From positions 213,788 through 277,787 of the forward strand of contig CAMTYB010000001.1 of assembly GCA_947085855.1 (NCBI GenBank): a stretch of DNA of 64,000 bases, read 5' to 3'. Positions 16,752 through 26,069 of the stretch are shown here, piece after piece. The notes beneath the pieces are model-generated. The model had not been told where the DNA came from, ran no database searches, and was given only the letters and a program-made list of their open reading frames with translations. Both the position numbers and the translations under genes were made by a program. The stretch's first letter is position 1, and each line of letters starts with the position of its first letter. Source of the DNA: an uncultured Candidatus Saccharibacteria bacterium (GTDB lineage: Bacteria > Patescibacteriota > Saccharimonadia > Saccharimonadales > 2-12-FULL-41-12).

Positions 16752-18003
16752 TTCGCCGCGAAAACCAGCGAGCGCTTGGTCTAATCTTTCGCTTCATACC
16801 GTGCTTACGGTCAACTTCGACGAGCCCAAAGCGTGGCCACCAGCCGTACTTCCATTCAAAATTATCGAGCAAACTCCAGTGGAAATAGCCCCGCAGGTCT
16901 ACTCCTTCGCTAATGGCGCGCTCCATGGCAACGATCGATTCCTCAATCCACCAGCGACGATGCTTATCATCGGCGTCAGCTAGGCCATTTTCGGTAACAA
17001 AAATCGGTTTTTTGAAGCGCGTCCAGGTGCGCAACAATAGCGGATACAAACCTTCCGGCTCCATATACCATCCCAGGTCGCTGAGTGGAATTTTGGGGTT
17101 GGTTTTCTTGCCAATACCAGAGTAATAGTCCGTGAAGTAGTAGTTAAAACCAACAAAATCTTGATGGTGACGAATCCGACGCAGGAACCACCAGTTCCAG
17201 AAATAGCGCATCCACTTGGTCGTAATATTATCCAGGGTATTATGTGGTCGCTTAGACTGAATATTAGCCAGTTGCGCTGCGATACCGACTTGCAACGCTG
17301 GCTTATCTCGTTTAAGAATCTTGTAGGCTGAGCGATGGGCTCGAGTTAAGTTCCAATAGACGCGCAAGAACTTCAGTAGATTTTTTTCTTGCGGCACCCA
17401 TTCACCAGTCAAATAACCAAAGCTAGCGTATACATTTGGCTCATTCAATGTGATGACGTAGATTACGGTATCATCCAAGATTTCATCAGAAACCTTCTTA
17501 ACAAACCGTTCAAAATACTTCACATTGCGGGTATGTTCAAAACCACCTTTTTCAGCAAACCAGACCGGCATAGTCCAATGCCAAATATTAATAAATGGCT
17601 CTAAATGCTGCTCCCGCATAGCAGCAATGTACTTCTGGTAGTGCTCAATGGCTGCTTCGTCCCAAACGCCTTCTTCCGGTTCGATGCGCGACCACTCAAT
17701 GCCAAAGCGAAAAGCATTCAAATTGAGTTCTTTGGCAATGGCAAAATCCTCTTTGTAGCGATTATAGTGATCGACACCCTTGCCCGAGACATAGTTATCC
17801 GGGTCCTCGGCCTCTTCCTTGATGTCCTGCCAGGTGTGCAACCAAGCCAGGCGCTGGTGAGCTGTATTAGCTAACTGTTGAGCATTTTCTAGCTCCCAAA
17901 CAGTCCATTGATTGTGGTTGCCACCTTCTACCTGGTGACTAGCTGTGCTGGCCCCCCAAAAAAAGCCATCACGAAATTCTGAGCGCTGTGGTTTCATATA
18001 CAA
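16729..18003 (-). CDS. Glycoside hydrolase family 1 (beta-glucosidase-like)
   Basis: Motifs FFWGASTASHQVEGG, acid/base TLNEPNV, nucleophile VTENGLA, and WSLLDNFEW. Its 3' end overlaps the convergent yvcK-like gene by 23 nt. Confidence 0.85.
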   Translation of the reverse strand: MYMKPQRSEFRDGFFWGASTASHQVEGGNHNQWTVWELENAQQLANTAHQRLAWLHTWQDIKEEAEDPDNYVSGKGVDHYNRYKEDFAIAKELNLNAFRFGIEWSRIEPEEGVWDEAAIEHYQKYIAAMREQHLEPFINIWHWTMPVWFAEKGGFEHTRNVKYFERFVKKVSDEILDDTVIYVITLNEPNVYASFGYLTGEWVPQEKNLLKFLRVYWNLTRAHRSAYKILKRDKPALQVGIAAQLANIQSKRPHNTLDNITTKWMRYFWNWWFLRRIRHHQDFVGFNYYFTDYYSGIGKKTNPKIPLSDLGWYMEPEGLYPLLLRTWTRFKKPIFVTENGLADADDKHRRWWIEESIVAMERAISEGVDLRGYFHWSLLDNFEWKYGWWPRFGLVEVDRKHGMKRKIRPSARWFSRRIKELSEW

Positions 18004-18045
18004 AAACTATAGCAGATTTAGTTGTTAAAGCCTCACAGGCATTGG

Positions 18046-18495
18046 CTATAAAATCCAGGTCTGCTTATTGTCTTCAGAAAAATTAACCTCATCAAACAGT
18101 TGAAACCGCTCAGGCGTAAAAACGTACATATGGTGTTTATTGGTCTTTTGTACGAAGTTATCATAAAACCGACTACCAGAGCCATACTTCTCTATGTATG
18201 GCCCCATAACCCGCTTTACAATCTTTGGATCTTCAACCTTGCTGACCACTCCCTCGCCCTGCACTCCAATAACCGGTTGATCAGTTTTATATGCAACCGC
18301 TATGGCTGCCCGACTATGGGCCTCGAGCTCCCGGCTATGACGCTCGTTTGGCAGACTCAGCCAATACAGTCTACATTCTTCATCTGTTACAAAATAGACC
18401 GTACAAACCCACGGCCGATTCTCGCCAGATGCAGAAGCTAATTGCATCACCGTACCTTGTTGCAGACAACGTACAATCTGTTGTTTAGGATCCAT
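18046..18495 (-). CDS. Pyridoxamine 5'-phosphate oxidase-family FMN-binding protein
   Basis: Split-barrel pattern MQLASASGENRPWVCTVYFV...LYWLS. About 150 aa. Confidence 0.6.
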   Translation of the reverse strand: MDPKQQIVRCLQQGTVMQLASASGENRPWVCTVYFVTDEECRLYWLSLPNERHSRELEAHSRAAIAVAYKTDQPVIGVQGEGVVSKVEDPKIVKRVMGPYIEKYGSGSRFYDNFVQKTNKHHMYVFTPERFQLFDEVNFSEDNKQTWIL

Positions 18496-18916
18496 AGGAT
18501 AGCGTGCCGTCTTTAGCCTGCTGATTTACCGACCGCAGCATCTCTTCAACGACCTTTAAGTCTAAGTCATCGAGTTTTTTGAAGCGTATACAACTTTTGC
18601 CGCAACTTACTTTGCCAAGCCTATCGCAGTATGTTTCTGCCAGATAGTTACCCTTTTTGTCTGCGGCACACACATATAAGCTCAGGTAGTTCTTCTGTGG
18701 CGCCAGCATCACTGCCGGCCATTCCGTATAGTTACTGCCCGACTTTGTCTTATATGGCACCAGACCGTAGCTGAGCATACCCATAAATATTCTACCTTTT
18801 ACCGGTGACAGGTCGGGAGCAGATGCAAGAATCAGCTTATCCAGCGCTACTAGATCATCGGCTCTATCACCTGCTAACGCCCAAAAGTCATCCATCGTTT
18901 TAGCTTTCGAAATCAT
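18485..18916 (-). CDS. DUF1801 (YdhG-like) domain protein
   Basis: Size and the pattern ...LILASAPDL...MLSYG...CIRFKKLDDLDLKVVEEMLR resemble the YdhG/DUF1801 family. Recognition is weak. Confidence 0.45.
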   Translation of the reverse strand: MISKAKTMDDFWALAGDRADDLVALDKLILASAPDLSPVKGRIFMGMLSYGLVPYKTKSGSNYTEWPAVMLAPQKNYLSLYVCAADKKGNYLAETYCDRLGKVSCGKSCIRFKKLDDLDLKVVEEMLRSVNQQAKDGTLSYGS

Positions 18917-18972
18917 GGCTTCACTATATCATCCAGTCTTGATCGAATCATTAAAAATCCCTTAAACTTTGA

Positions 18973-19752
18973 CTAGTTTTTAGGTGGCAGTGGAATCAAC
19001 ACGCTGGTTTGAGCTTTGTATTGCTTCCAACCGGGCTTCAGCTCTAAACGGCGTTCACTTGGTGGCACACCAGATATGCGCATGATTAAGTACGTAATAG
19101 TCAACGCTCCAATAACACCCAGCCAACTACCTGTGGCAGCATACGAGATAATGAACATCGCCCACCACATCACAATCTCGCCAAAATAGTTCGGGTGTCG
19201 TGAATAGCGCCACAGACCAGTTTTCATCAATTTACCGCGATTGGAGGCTTTTTGCGTAAACAGCGCAAGCTGTCGATCTGCAATCGCCTGCGTTGCCAAA
19301 CCTGCCAGCCACACAAGACAGCCTATTGTCACCATGACCGCGTTGGCCGATTGAGCCTCGGTGTAGACAAGAAGCAATGGCGTAGAAATGATGATTACCA
19401 GCAGCGCCTGGACGATATAAACACGAAAATATGTGTTCACTGCCACATCGCCCCGCCACTTTTTGCGCAACTCAACATACCGAGCATCTTCGTTAACAGC
19501 CCGCAACCAGCGCCGACCAATATGTAATGCGATTCGTATTCCCCACAGTAGTATCAGAGCCGTTACAAGCCACTGAGTACCATTTTTACTAGACCACGCG
19601 AACCCAAATAGCGCTACGATAACAAAGGCTGGTCCCCACGCTACATCAATTAGATCGTACCGTTTGCGGCGGCGAGCGTACAGAAAAACTAAGCTCATAA
19701 AAATCAGGACATCAATGAAAGCAGCCAGGGCAACAATTATCAACTCAGTCAT
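18973..19752 (-). CDS. DUF1295 / steroid 5-alpha-reductase-like membrane protein
   Basis: Polytopic protein carrying the signature GLWRYSRHPNYFGEIVMWW. Confidence 0.7.
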   Translation of the reverse strand: MTELIIVALAAFIDVLIFMSLVFLYARRRKRYDLIDVAWGPAFVIVALFGFAWSSKNGTQWLVTALILLWGIRIALHIGRRWLRAVNEDARYVELRKKWRGDVAVNTYFRVYIVQALLVIIISTPLLLVYTEAQSANAVMVTIGCLVWLAGLATQAIADRQLALFTQKASNRGKLMKTGLWRYSRHPNYFGEIVMWWAMFIISYAATGSWLGVIGALTITYLIMRISGVPPSERRLELKPGWKQYKAQTSVLIPLPPKN

Positions 19753-19770
19753 AGAATTACCCCTTTCTGT

Positions 19771-21096
19771 TTACAATAATGTTTCGGGTAAGACCCGTTT
19801 TTGCTCGGTAGTATCGCGGTCACGCACCGTAACCGTACCGTCTTCAAGAGTTTGAAAGTCGATTACCACACAGTACGGGGTACCGATTTCGTCTTGCCGA
19901 CGATAGCGCTTGCCAATGTTGCCATTATCATCCCACATAACATTGCCATGAATCTTCTTTAAATCACGGTAGACCTCTTCGGCCTTGGCTACTAATTCAG
20001 GCTTATTCTTGAGTAAAGGCGACACCGCAAAGCGATATGGTGCCAATTCTGGTTTAAGCTTCAAAACTACTCGAGTCTCGCCATTCACCTCTTCTTCGTG
20101 ATAGGCATTTGTCAGTACGGCCAAGAACATGCGACCAACACCAACAGAACTTTCAATTACATATGGTGTAAAGCGTTCACGAGTTTGATCATCAAAGTAC
20201 TGCAGGTCTTTACCGCTTACGCGAATGTGGTTACTTAAGTCAAAATCTGTCCGATTATGTGTGCCCCACAACTCTTTAAATCCCTGTGGAAATTCAAAAT
20301 AAATATCATGAGCTGCGGCCGCATAATGGGCTCGTTCATCTGTTCCGTGCTCATGCCACTGCAATTTGGCTTCGCCGATTCCAAGTTCTTCCTGCAAGAA
20401 TTTCCAGGCAAACTGACGCCATTGCTCATAGCTCTCGTCTTGAGCCTCAGGACGAATAAAGTACTGCATTTCCATCTGCTCCAGCTCACGAACGCGGAAA
20501 ATAAAGTCGCGCGGTGAAATTTCGTTGCGGAAGGCCTTACCGATTTGGGCAATACCAAAAGGCAACTTGGCACGCATCGTCTCGCGCACATTCTCATAGT
20601 TAGTAAACATTGGCCCAGCCGTTTCTGGTCGCAAATACGCCACACCACTCTCGTCTTCAATAGCACCGACGTACGTTTTCATCATCATATTAAAGGTCCG
20701 GACTTCGCCGAGCGGATTGCCTTCCGGAGATTTTTTATCTTTTAGTAAACGATTGAGTTCGTCGAGGTCATTACTATCAACACCGGCCAGGTGGTCGGCA
20801 CGATAGCGCTTTTTGGTTACCAAATCTTCAACCAAAGGATCATTAAAGCCATCAACGTGTCCACTAGCTACCCAGAGTTTTGGATTTTGAATGATGGCAC
20901 TGTCGATACCAAAAATATTATCGTGGTTACGCACCATCGCCTTCCACCATGTCTGCTTGATGTTATTGATCAGTTCCACGCCAAGCGGACCATAATCCCA
21001 AAAGCCAGCTAAGCCGCCATATATTTCGGAGGCCTGAAACACAAAGCCACGACGCTTGGCTAGCGAGACAATATCTTCTATTTTTACTTCGCTCAT
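19771..21096 (-). CDS. glyQS: Glycine--tRNA ligase (alpha2 type)
   Basis: N-terminus IVSLAKRRGFVFQASEIYGGLAGFWDYGPLG. Class II motifs FRNEISPR and GVGRMFLA. ATG at 21096 is preferred over GTG at 21102. Confidence 0.9.
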   Translation of the reverse strand: MSEVKIEDIVSLAKRRGFVFQASEIYGGLAGFWDYGPLGVELINNIKQTWWKAMVRNHDNIFGIDSAIIQNPKLWVASGHVDGFNDPLVEDLVTKKRYRADHLAGVDSNDLDELNRLLKDKKSPEGNPLGEVRTFNMMMKTYVGAIEDESGVAYLRPETAGPMFTNYENVRETMRAKLPFGIAQIGKAFRNEISPRDFIFRVRELEQMEMQYFIRPEAQDESYEQWRQFAWKFLQEELGIGEAKLQWHEHGTDERAHYAAAAHDIYFEFPQGFKELWGTHNRTDFDLSNHIRVSGKDLQYFDDQTRERFTPYVIESSVGVGRMFLAVLTNAYHEEEVNGETRVVLKLKPELAPYRFAVSPLLKNKPELVAKAEEVYRDLKKIHGNVMWDDNGNIGKRYRRQDEIGTPYCVVIDFQTLEDGTVTVRDRDTTEQKRVLPETLL

Positions 21097-21104
21097 TAGC
21101 ACAG

Positions 21105-21113
21105 ATTATAACA
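21105..21113 (-). promoter_or_regulatory. Extended -10 TGTTATAAT, 8 nt before the glyQS ATG
   Basis: Reverse strand: catcTGTTATAATctgtgctaATG. Confidence 0.5.
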
Positions 21114-21124
21114 GATGAAGCGAT

Positions 21125-21628
21125 TTAACGTGAGTCTGTGTCTTTTTGCTGACGCTCGGCTCGCCTATCAAATACGATAAACGTGCTCGTGCTTGCCAAA
21201 CCAAATATAAATGAGCCCCACCACAAACTTATTTCGCGATCATATTTACGATCATCAATTTGGTCTTGGACGACTTTCTTGACTTCATTGCGTGGATAGC
21301 CGTCTTCTGTAATCACTATATTAAGCGTATCTCTGACATCATGTGGATTCGTCATTTCAAATGTACCCATGACTTGATTTTGCCGAACATCTGAGGCAAT
21401 TTCTCCTTCGAATGATTGGCATTCTTCGGATAATTGCAGGATGAAGCTGCCGTATTTACTGCTATAGCCCTGTCCACTTGGGTCATGCAAGCACGCCTCC
21501 CGATCTCGTAGGTATTCACGAGTATCGGTAGCAAACTCATGTATAGCTGGAACAGCGCCACCGACCGCGGCACCAGCCGCCAGTCCAGCAACAATTCGAC
21601 GACCAGTTCCTAACACACTCATAAGCAA
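21125..21628 (-). CDS. Hypothetical membrane protein, 167 aa
   Basis: Hydrophobic segments at the N-terminus and C-terminus (WWGSFIFGLASTSTFIVF). No family recognised. Confidence 0.45.
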   Translation of the reverse strand: MLMSVLGTGRRIVAGLAAGAAVGGAVPAIHEFATDTREYLRDREACLHDPSGQGYSSKYGSFILQLSEECQSFEGEIASDVRQNQVMGTFEMTNPHDVRDTLNIVITEDGYPRNEVKKVVQDQIDDRKYDREISLWWGSFIFGLASTSTFIVFDRRAERQQKDTDSR

Positions 21629-21648
21629 TTTATATCATAAATATATGA

Positions 21649-22329
21649 CTACTGCAAATATAAGCGCAGCAGTCGATGGGTTAATGTCGTTGTCATTTGC
21701 AGCACCTCGTCAGCCGCTTCAATACGAGGAACTCTGGGATGTGTTTCACACAAGCGCAGCAACTTTATGTGCTCGGCCTTAAAGCCGCCCCGTTCCGCTA
21801 CAGAGAAGGCCTGTTCATCATAATCAAAGTTATATGACGCGTCAGGCTGCAGTGGCTTGCCCGTCGTGTCGGTCTGGAGGTTTGGTATGCTGCCAGAAGT
21901 TGTCAGGAGCTGCATTTCGAACCAGATTTGAATGACTGGCTCAGCGAACGCTGAGTCATCTAGAGCAGCTATCGTCTGTGCCAGAATTGGATAATACTCT
22001 TGTCCTGTTTCATCATGAGTAATCTGATTGATAACTTTTAGGTAGTCGTAGGCAGCCGTTGTCCGGCTCATGTCCTTTACGATTGAGCTGTAGTAGCGCA
22101 GTAGACGACTTGACGTAAGAGTACCAAGACTGGCTTTGCCGCGGATGATACTGACTTCTGTTTCCGAAAATAACTCAATGCCACCGGCTAACTTGCTTTT
22201 AGCTGCCCGCACACCTTTGGCGAGAACACTCGCCTTGCCATGTTCTTTACAGAGCAAGTTAATGATGCGATCACGTTCCCCATAGTCGCTACGCGCCAGA
22301 ATAATTGCCGTGTCTTTGTATTGCTTCAT
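21649..22329 (-). CDS. recO: DNA repair protein RecO
   Basis: OB-fold N-terminus TAIILARSDYGERDRIINLLCKEHGKASVLAKGVR. Typical length. Confidence 0.8.
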   Translation of the reverse strand: MKQYKDTAIILARSDYGERDRIINLLCKEHGKASVLAKGVRAAKSKLAGGIELFSETEVSIIRGKASLGTLTSSRLLRYYSSIVKDMSRTTAAYDYLKVINQITHDETGQEYYPILAQTIAALDDSAFAEPVIQIWFEMQLLTTSGSIPNLQTDTTGKPLQPDASYNFDYDEQAFSVAERGGFKAEHIKLLRLCETHPRVPRIEAADEVLQMTTTLTHRLLRLYLQ

Positions 22330-22730
22330 GTAGTGGTTGGCGCTACTTCTAGACTGAGGACTTCGTTGATAGTGCGCTGAAGCTGAGCTAGCGACACAGT
22401 TGGCTTATACAGATACTCGACGACACCGTGCTTTTGCCAGGCCAGAGGTGACAGACCGATTTGCTCTGCCGAAATTTGGCTATAAACAATCACCGGGATA
22501 TCTGTCCAGTCGGCATACGAACGAAATTCTTGGAGAAAAGCCAACCCATTATGTTCCGCCATGGCCAGCTCAAGGATGACGCAATCAGGCCGAGCCTCGT
22601 CAGCCTGGTGGATCGCTTGCTGAGAATCATGAGCACTATACGCCTCTAGCCCAGCAACTGACTGATGTATGTAGCGAGTTATAGCTGCAGCCAGGTCGCG
22701 GTTCGGTTCGACTACTAAAATGCGTTTCAT
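22326..22730 (-). CDS. Atypical single-domain receiver (REC) protein, with Glu at the phospho-acceptor position
   Basis: CheY-like fold pattern. It reads VVEPNRD instead of the acidic DD pocket, and RPDCVILELAMAEHNG instead of ...LLD.MMP. The conserved S (VIVYSQ) and K (YKP) are kept. Confidence 0.7.
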   Translation of the reverse strand: MKRILVVEPNRDLAAAITRYIHQSVAGLEAYSAHDSQQAIHQADEARPDCVILELAMAEHNGLAFLQEFRSYADWTDIPVIVYSQISAEQIGLSPLAWQKHGVVEYLYKPTVSLAQLQRTINEVLSLEVAPTTT

Positions 22731-22735
22731 ATCAC

Positions 22736-23461
22736 CTACACGCTCAGTAATTCAAGCTGTTCACTACGAGGCAATTCTGTCGCTAGGCCGCTCAACTCAC
22801 CCATATGCTTGACGACCATGGCACCACCGAGCGCTCGGCAGAGATTGTCGGCTATAGCCAATGAAATGTGCGTCCCATGGTGGATTCGTGCCAATGGCAT
22901 GTGAGCCTTACCCTGCAGCTGTAGAGCAACCTCAACATCAGCCTGCGACAACTTATTATTACTAAAAACACCAACACCGATTGCACCGCTCCGTGTTTTG
23001 TAGCCTCGCAACAGAACACTACTTGGGCTCGCAGATGACGAAGAACCGAGCACAACAGCTGCAAACATAGTTAAAATCGAAACCAAAGCTGGTCGATTAG
23101 TCATAACTGGTTCGTGTGTCCGATCATGAATGAGGACTTCTTTTTGATGCATTTTTGCATCATCACGCAAATCTTGAGCAACGTCGTATAAAACCGAGCC
23201 AAGCGCGACCGGGCTGAGCTCAAGCCGAGTTTGGCCATATTCACTGGCCATTAACAGATAGCTGTCGATCAGACGCAGTGCTTGCTCGGCAGTTCGTTGA
23301 ATTGATTGTCGACTTGCTTCGTCATCAAGTTCAGCGTAGCGAGCAATCGTAATCAGTGGATTTTTAAGCTCATAGACGAGTGCTCGTAAGGCATTACCCG
23401 AGACAGCCTCTTCTGACAGATCAGTTGCTTGATCATTGCGCGGTACAGATGGGAACCCCAA
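22736..23461 (-). CDS. Soluble histidine-kinase-like protein lacking the phospho-acceptor His
   Basis: DHp-like helix LVYELKNPLITI, where a canonical H-box would read SHELRTPL. The ATPase-domain boxes are degenerate (no N-box Asn pair, no GxGLGL). No TM segments. Confidence 0.55.
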   Translation of the reverse strand: MGFPSVPRNDQATDLSEEAVSGNALRALVYELKNPLITIARYAELDDEASRQSIQRTAEQALRLIDSYLLMASEYGQTRLELSPVALGSVLYDVAQDLRDDAKMHQKEVLIHDRTHEPVMTNRPALVSILTMFAAVVLGSSSSASPSSVLLRGYKTRSGAIGVGVFSNNKLSQADVEVALQLQGKAHMPLARIHHGTHISLAIADNLCRALGGAMVVKHMGELSGLATELPRSEQLELLSV

Positions 23462-23511
23462 AGTAAGACCCTCTTAACTTGGTTAAAAGTATACCACGAG
23501 AGCGTTACGAT

Positions 23512-24180
23512 TTATGGCTTAAAGGTGAAGCTTTTGAGGATAATTTCGTTGAGTTCAGCAACTTTTTCGGGCGACTCAGTCGTAATAATAATAGTTTTAT
23601 CTCTAATAGGAATATAGACGGCAGCGCCTCTTTTATCGGTTGTGATCTGGCCGTCAACGCGTAAGCCGACACTTTCTGGTACCGACGGCAGCGCATAGGC
23701 GGCAGCCGTTAGCTTGCCCTGTTTGATCTCGCTCTCGAGTGACTTCACCACCGTATCGTATTGTCGATTAAGCACTTGAACCTTGAGCGCTTGAGCAGTC
23801 TTGGGGTTTGAGGAAATCACATCCGGGTGCATGGTGAGTGTAATTTCTTCGGCCTGCTCATTGGCATAGGCACTCCACGTCTTAGGGTATTGGAAAGTAA
23901 ATGCACCGTATTGCGAAGGACTCGTATACGCTTTGTACGGCTCCTTCTCTTTCTCGAGGAATTCATTGTCTTTTTCGGTGTTAGCTTTATCAACCGCTAC
24001 TTTAACAGCGGAGTCAACTTTGTCGTCGACATTGGTTTTGTAGTCAGTTCTTTCTACGAACGCCCACAGGCCAAAACAAATAGCTAAAATTAGCATAAAA
24101 ACGGACATAATCAGCGGTATAGTGAGTGTATTCATGACACCCCGCTGGTCTGATTGCAGACGATTGATCATACCGCTCAT
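23512..24180 (-). CDS. Hypothetical N-terminally membrane-anchored protein, 222 aa
   Basis: Single N-terminal TM (LTIPLIMSVFMLILAICFGLWAF) followed by a soluble domain. No family recognised. Confidence 0.5.
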   Translation of the reverse strand: MSGMINRLQSDQRGVMNTLTIPLIMSVFMLILAICFGLWAFVERTDYKTNVDDKVDSAVKVAVDKANTEKDNEFLEKEKEPYKAYTSPSQYGAFTFQYPKTWSAYANEQAEEITLTMHPDVISSNPKTAQALKVQVLNRQYDTVVKSLESEIKQGKLTAAAYALPSVPESVGLRVDGQITTDKRGAAVYIPIRDKTIIITTESPEKVAELNEIILKSFTFKP

Positions 24181-24218
24181 GGTAGCGCATTTACCTAGAT
24201 AACCGCAAGCGTTTATAA

Positions 24219-24713
24219 CTACTCGTACATATACAGGAACAGTCCGTTCCGAGCCCTTTTTGGCTTTTTACCAGGTACCTTAAAAGCATAGCTGACCACT
24301 GGTAGAGTCTTACTGTCGCTCAAAGTTGATCGTTGCTTCAGCTTATCGTCGAACTGCTGCATGTAGCGATCCAGCAAAAATACAAACACCCCATCGGCTG
24401 CCGACAAATCAGCCCGCCAGAAGTTTCCCCACACGATCTTGACCGACTTTCGATACCGCCAGGTATAGACCCGAGCTACCAAGACCAAAATTGGGTTCAG
24501 TTCATAGCCAACAGCCCGCAAATCACGCTCGGCGGCTTGGCGTAGCACCCGGCCATCACCACACCCAAGCTCGTACAGGGTCTGACCAGGCTGCAAGTCG
24601 AGCAAATCAAGAGCGGTTTGGGCTTGTTTACGCTGTGTGGGCAAATATGGGGCGCCAAACAACAGCACAAATCCAAACAGCAAAACTACAATGCCAAATA
24701 ACAAGAGCCACAT
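24219..24713 (-). CDS. Class I SAM-dependent methyltransferase with N-terminal TM
   Basis: Motif I LYELGCGDGRVLRQAA, preceded by a hydrophobic N-terminus. Confidence 0.65.
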   Translation of the reverse strand: MWLLLFGIVVLLFGFVLLFGAPYLPTQRKQAQTALDLLDLQPGQTLYELGCGDGRVLRQAAERDLRAVGYELNPILVLVARVYTWRYRKSVKIVWGNFWRADLSAADGVFVFLLDRYMQQFDDKLKQRSTLSDSKTLPVVSYAFKVPGKKPKRARNGLFLYMYE

Positions 24714-24716
24714 AAA

Positions 24717-24923
24717 CTACCGAGTCTTGGTAGGTTTTTTAGTATCAGCCTGAAGCGACTTCTCTACCTCTTCAATATAGGCTTCGAGCTGCTTCAACAA
24801 CACTTGTGCCTTGGCATGTAGTTGCGTGGCCTTGTCTAGATCTGTTTCTTCGTGCTGTAACTCATCGAGCACCTGTTCTAATTCTTGTTTTAGATCTTGA
24901 TACGATACATCTTTTTTGGCCAT
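24717..24923 (-). CDS. xseB: Exodeoxyribonuclease VII small subunit
   Basis: 68-aa helical protein (LEQVLDELQHEETDLDKATQLHAKAQVLLKQ) immediately downstream of xseA. Confidence 0.8.
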   Translation of the reverse strand: MAKKDVSYQDLKQELEQVLDELQHEETDLDKATQLHAKAQVLLKQLEAYIEEVEKSLQADTKKPTKTR

Positions 24924-24932
24924 GGCATGTCC

Positions 24933-26069
24933 TTAGTCATTATTGGTTACTGTAATGGTACCATCCTTGAATTGAAGCTGCAGTCGTTCGGCGGCAGCAA
25001 CAGTACTAACACGCTTTTTCTGCTTGCCGTCACTTCCGCGCACAATTGCATATCCCCGCTCCAGCGGCTGTAGTGGGTCGAGCGCCTGCAGCAACAGACC
25101 GTTACGATCCAGCTCGTGACGCTGGAGTCGAATTACATCGACCAAGACTTGGTCTGTTTCTTGGCGAGCAGCCTTGAGCCAATTGCGATTTTGTTCACAT
25201 ATTGTACTCATTGCATGTTGTAGTAGTTGTATATTTCGCCTCTGTTGCTGGCGCTCAAACACCACATCTGGAACCAAAAGTTCGGCAGCATTGCTTGGTG
25301 TACTAGCCCGCTGGTCGGCCGCCAACTCGGCCAAACTCATGTCATTTTCGTGACCAATTGCTACCAACGTTGGAATCCGGCTAGCTGCTACTGTCCTCAC
25401 TACCGACTCTTCACTAAAGGCAGCCAAATCATCAGCGCTGCCGCCACCACGAATAATCACCAACACCTCTGGTGGCTGCGCTTCCTGATTAAACCCTTCA
25501 ATGGCCTTCCGGATGGCCGCCGGAGCATCTACACCCTGCACCAACGTATCCGCCAGAACAATTTCAAGCTTTGGCCAACGCGCAATAATAATTTTCCGAA
25601 AGTCGGCAATAGCAGCTGATTCGGCCGAAGTAACGAGCCCAATCCGCTGAGGCGGATACGGTAAAGCGCGTTTACGCTCTGGCGCAAATAAGCCTTCGCC
25701 GCGCAATTTACGCTCAAGTAAGTCACGAGCCTTTTTGATGGAACCTTCCCCTGTTGGCCGAACTGCCTCAAAACTGATGCTAAATCCAAACTGCGGATGC
25801 AGCCGGGGCCGGCCAACCACTTCACACATCAAACCGTCTTGCAGCGGCCCCGGCAAACTAAACACGCTACCAAAGAACTTAACGCTGGCCACGTCGTCCT
25901 TCAGGTCAAAGTAGACCCACTTCCCTTTACTGACGCGAAAATTGCTGAGCTCGCCCTGTATAACGACCTGCGGGTACAACATCTCTAACGACTGATTAAA
26001 TACAGCTACAAACTCACTAACAGTAAAATATGGGCTTTCGCCAACCAAGTCATAGGCCGGGTTAGACAA
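24933..26069 (-). CDS. xseA: Exodeoxyribonuclease VII large subunit
   Basis: OB-fold N-terminus FTVSEFVAVFNQSLE...VVIQGELSNFRVSKGKWVYFDLKD and catalytic region RGGGSADDL. Confidence 0.85.
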   Translation of the reverse strand: MSNPAYDLVGESPYFTVSEFVAVFNQSLEMLYPQVVIQGELSNFRVSKGKWVYFDLKDDVASVKFFGSVFSLPGPLQDGLMCEVVGRPRLHPQFGFSISFEAVRPTGEGSIKKARDLLERKLRGEGLFAPERKRALPYPPQRIGLVTSAESAAIADFRKIIIARWPKLEIVLADTLVQGVDAPAAIRKAIEGFNQEAQPPEVLVIIRGGGSADDLAAFSEESVVRTVAASRIPTLVAIGHENDMSLAELAADQRASTPSNAAELLVPDVVFERQQQRRNIQLLQHAMSTICEQNRNWLKAARQETDQVLVDVIRLQRHELDRNGLLLQALDPLQPLERGYAIVRGSDGKQKKRVSTVAAAERLQLQFKDGTITVTNND

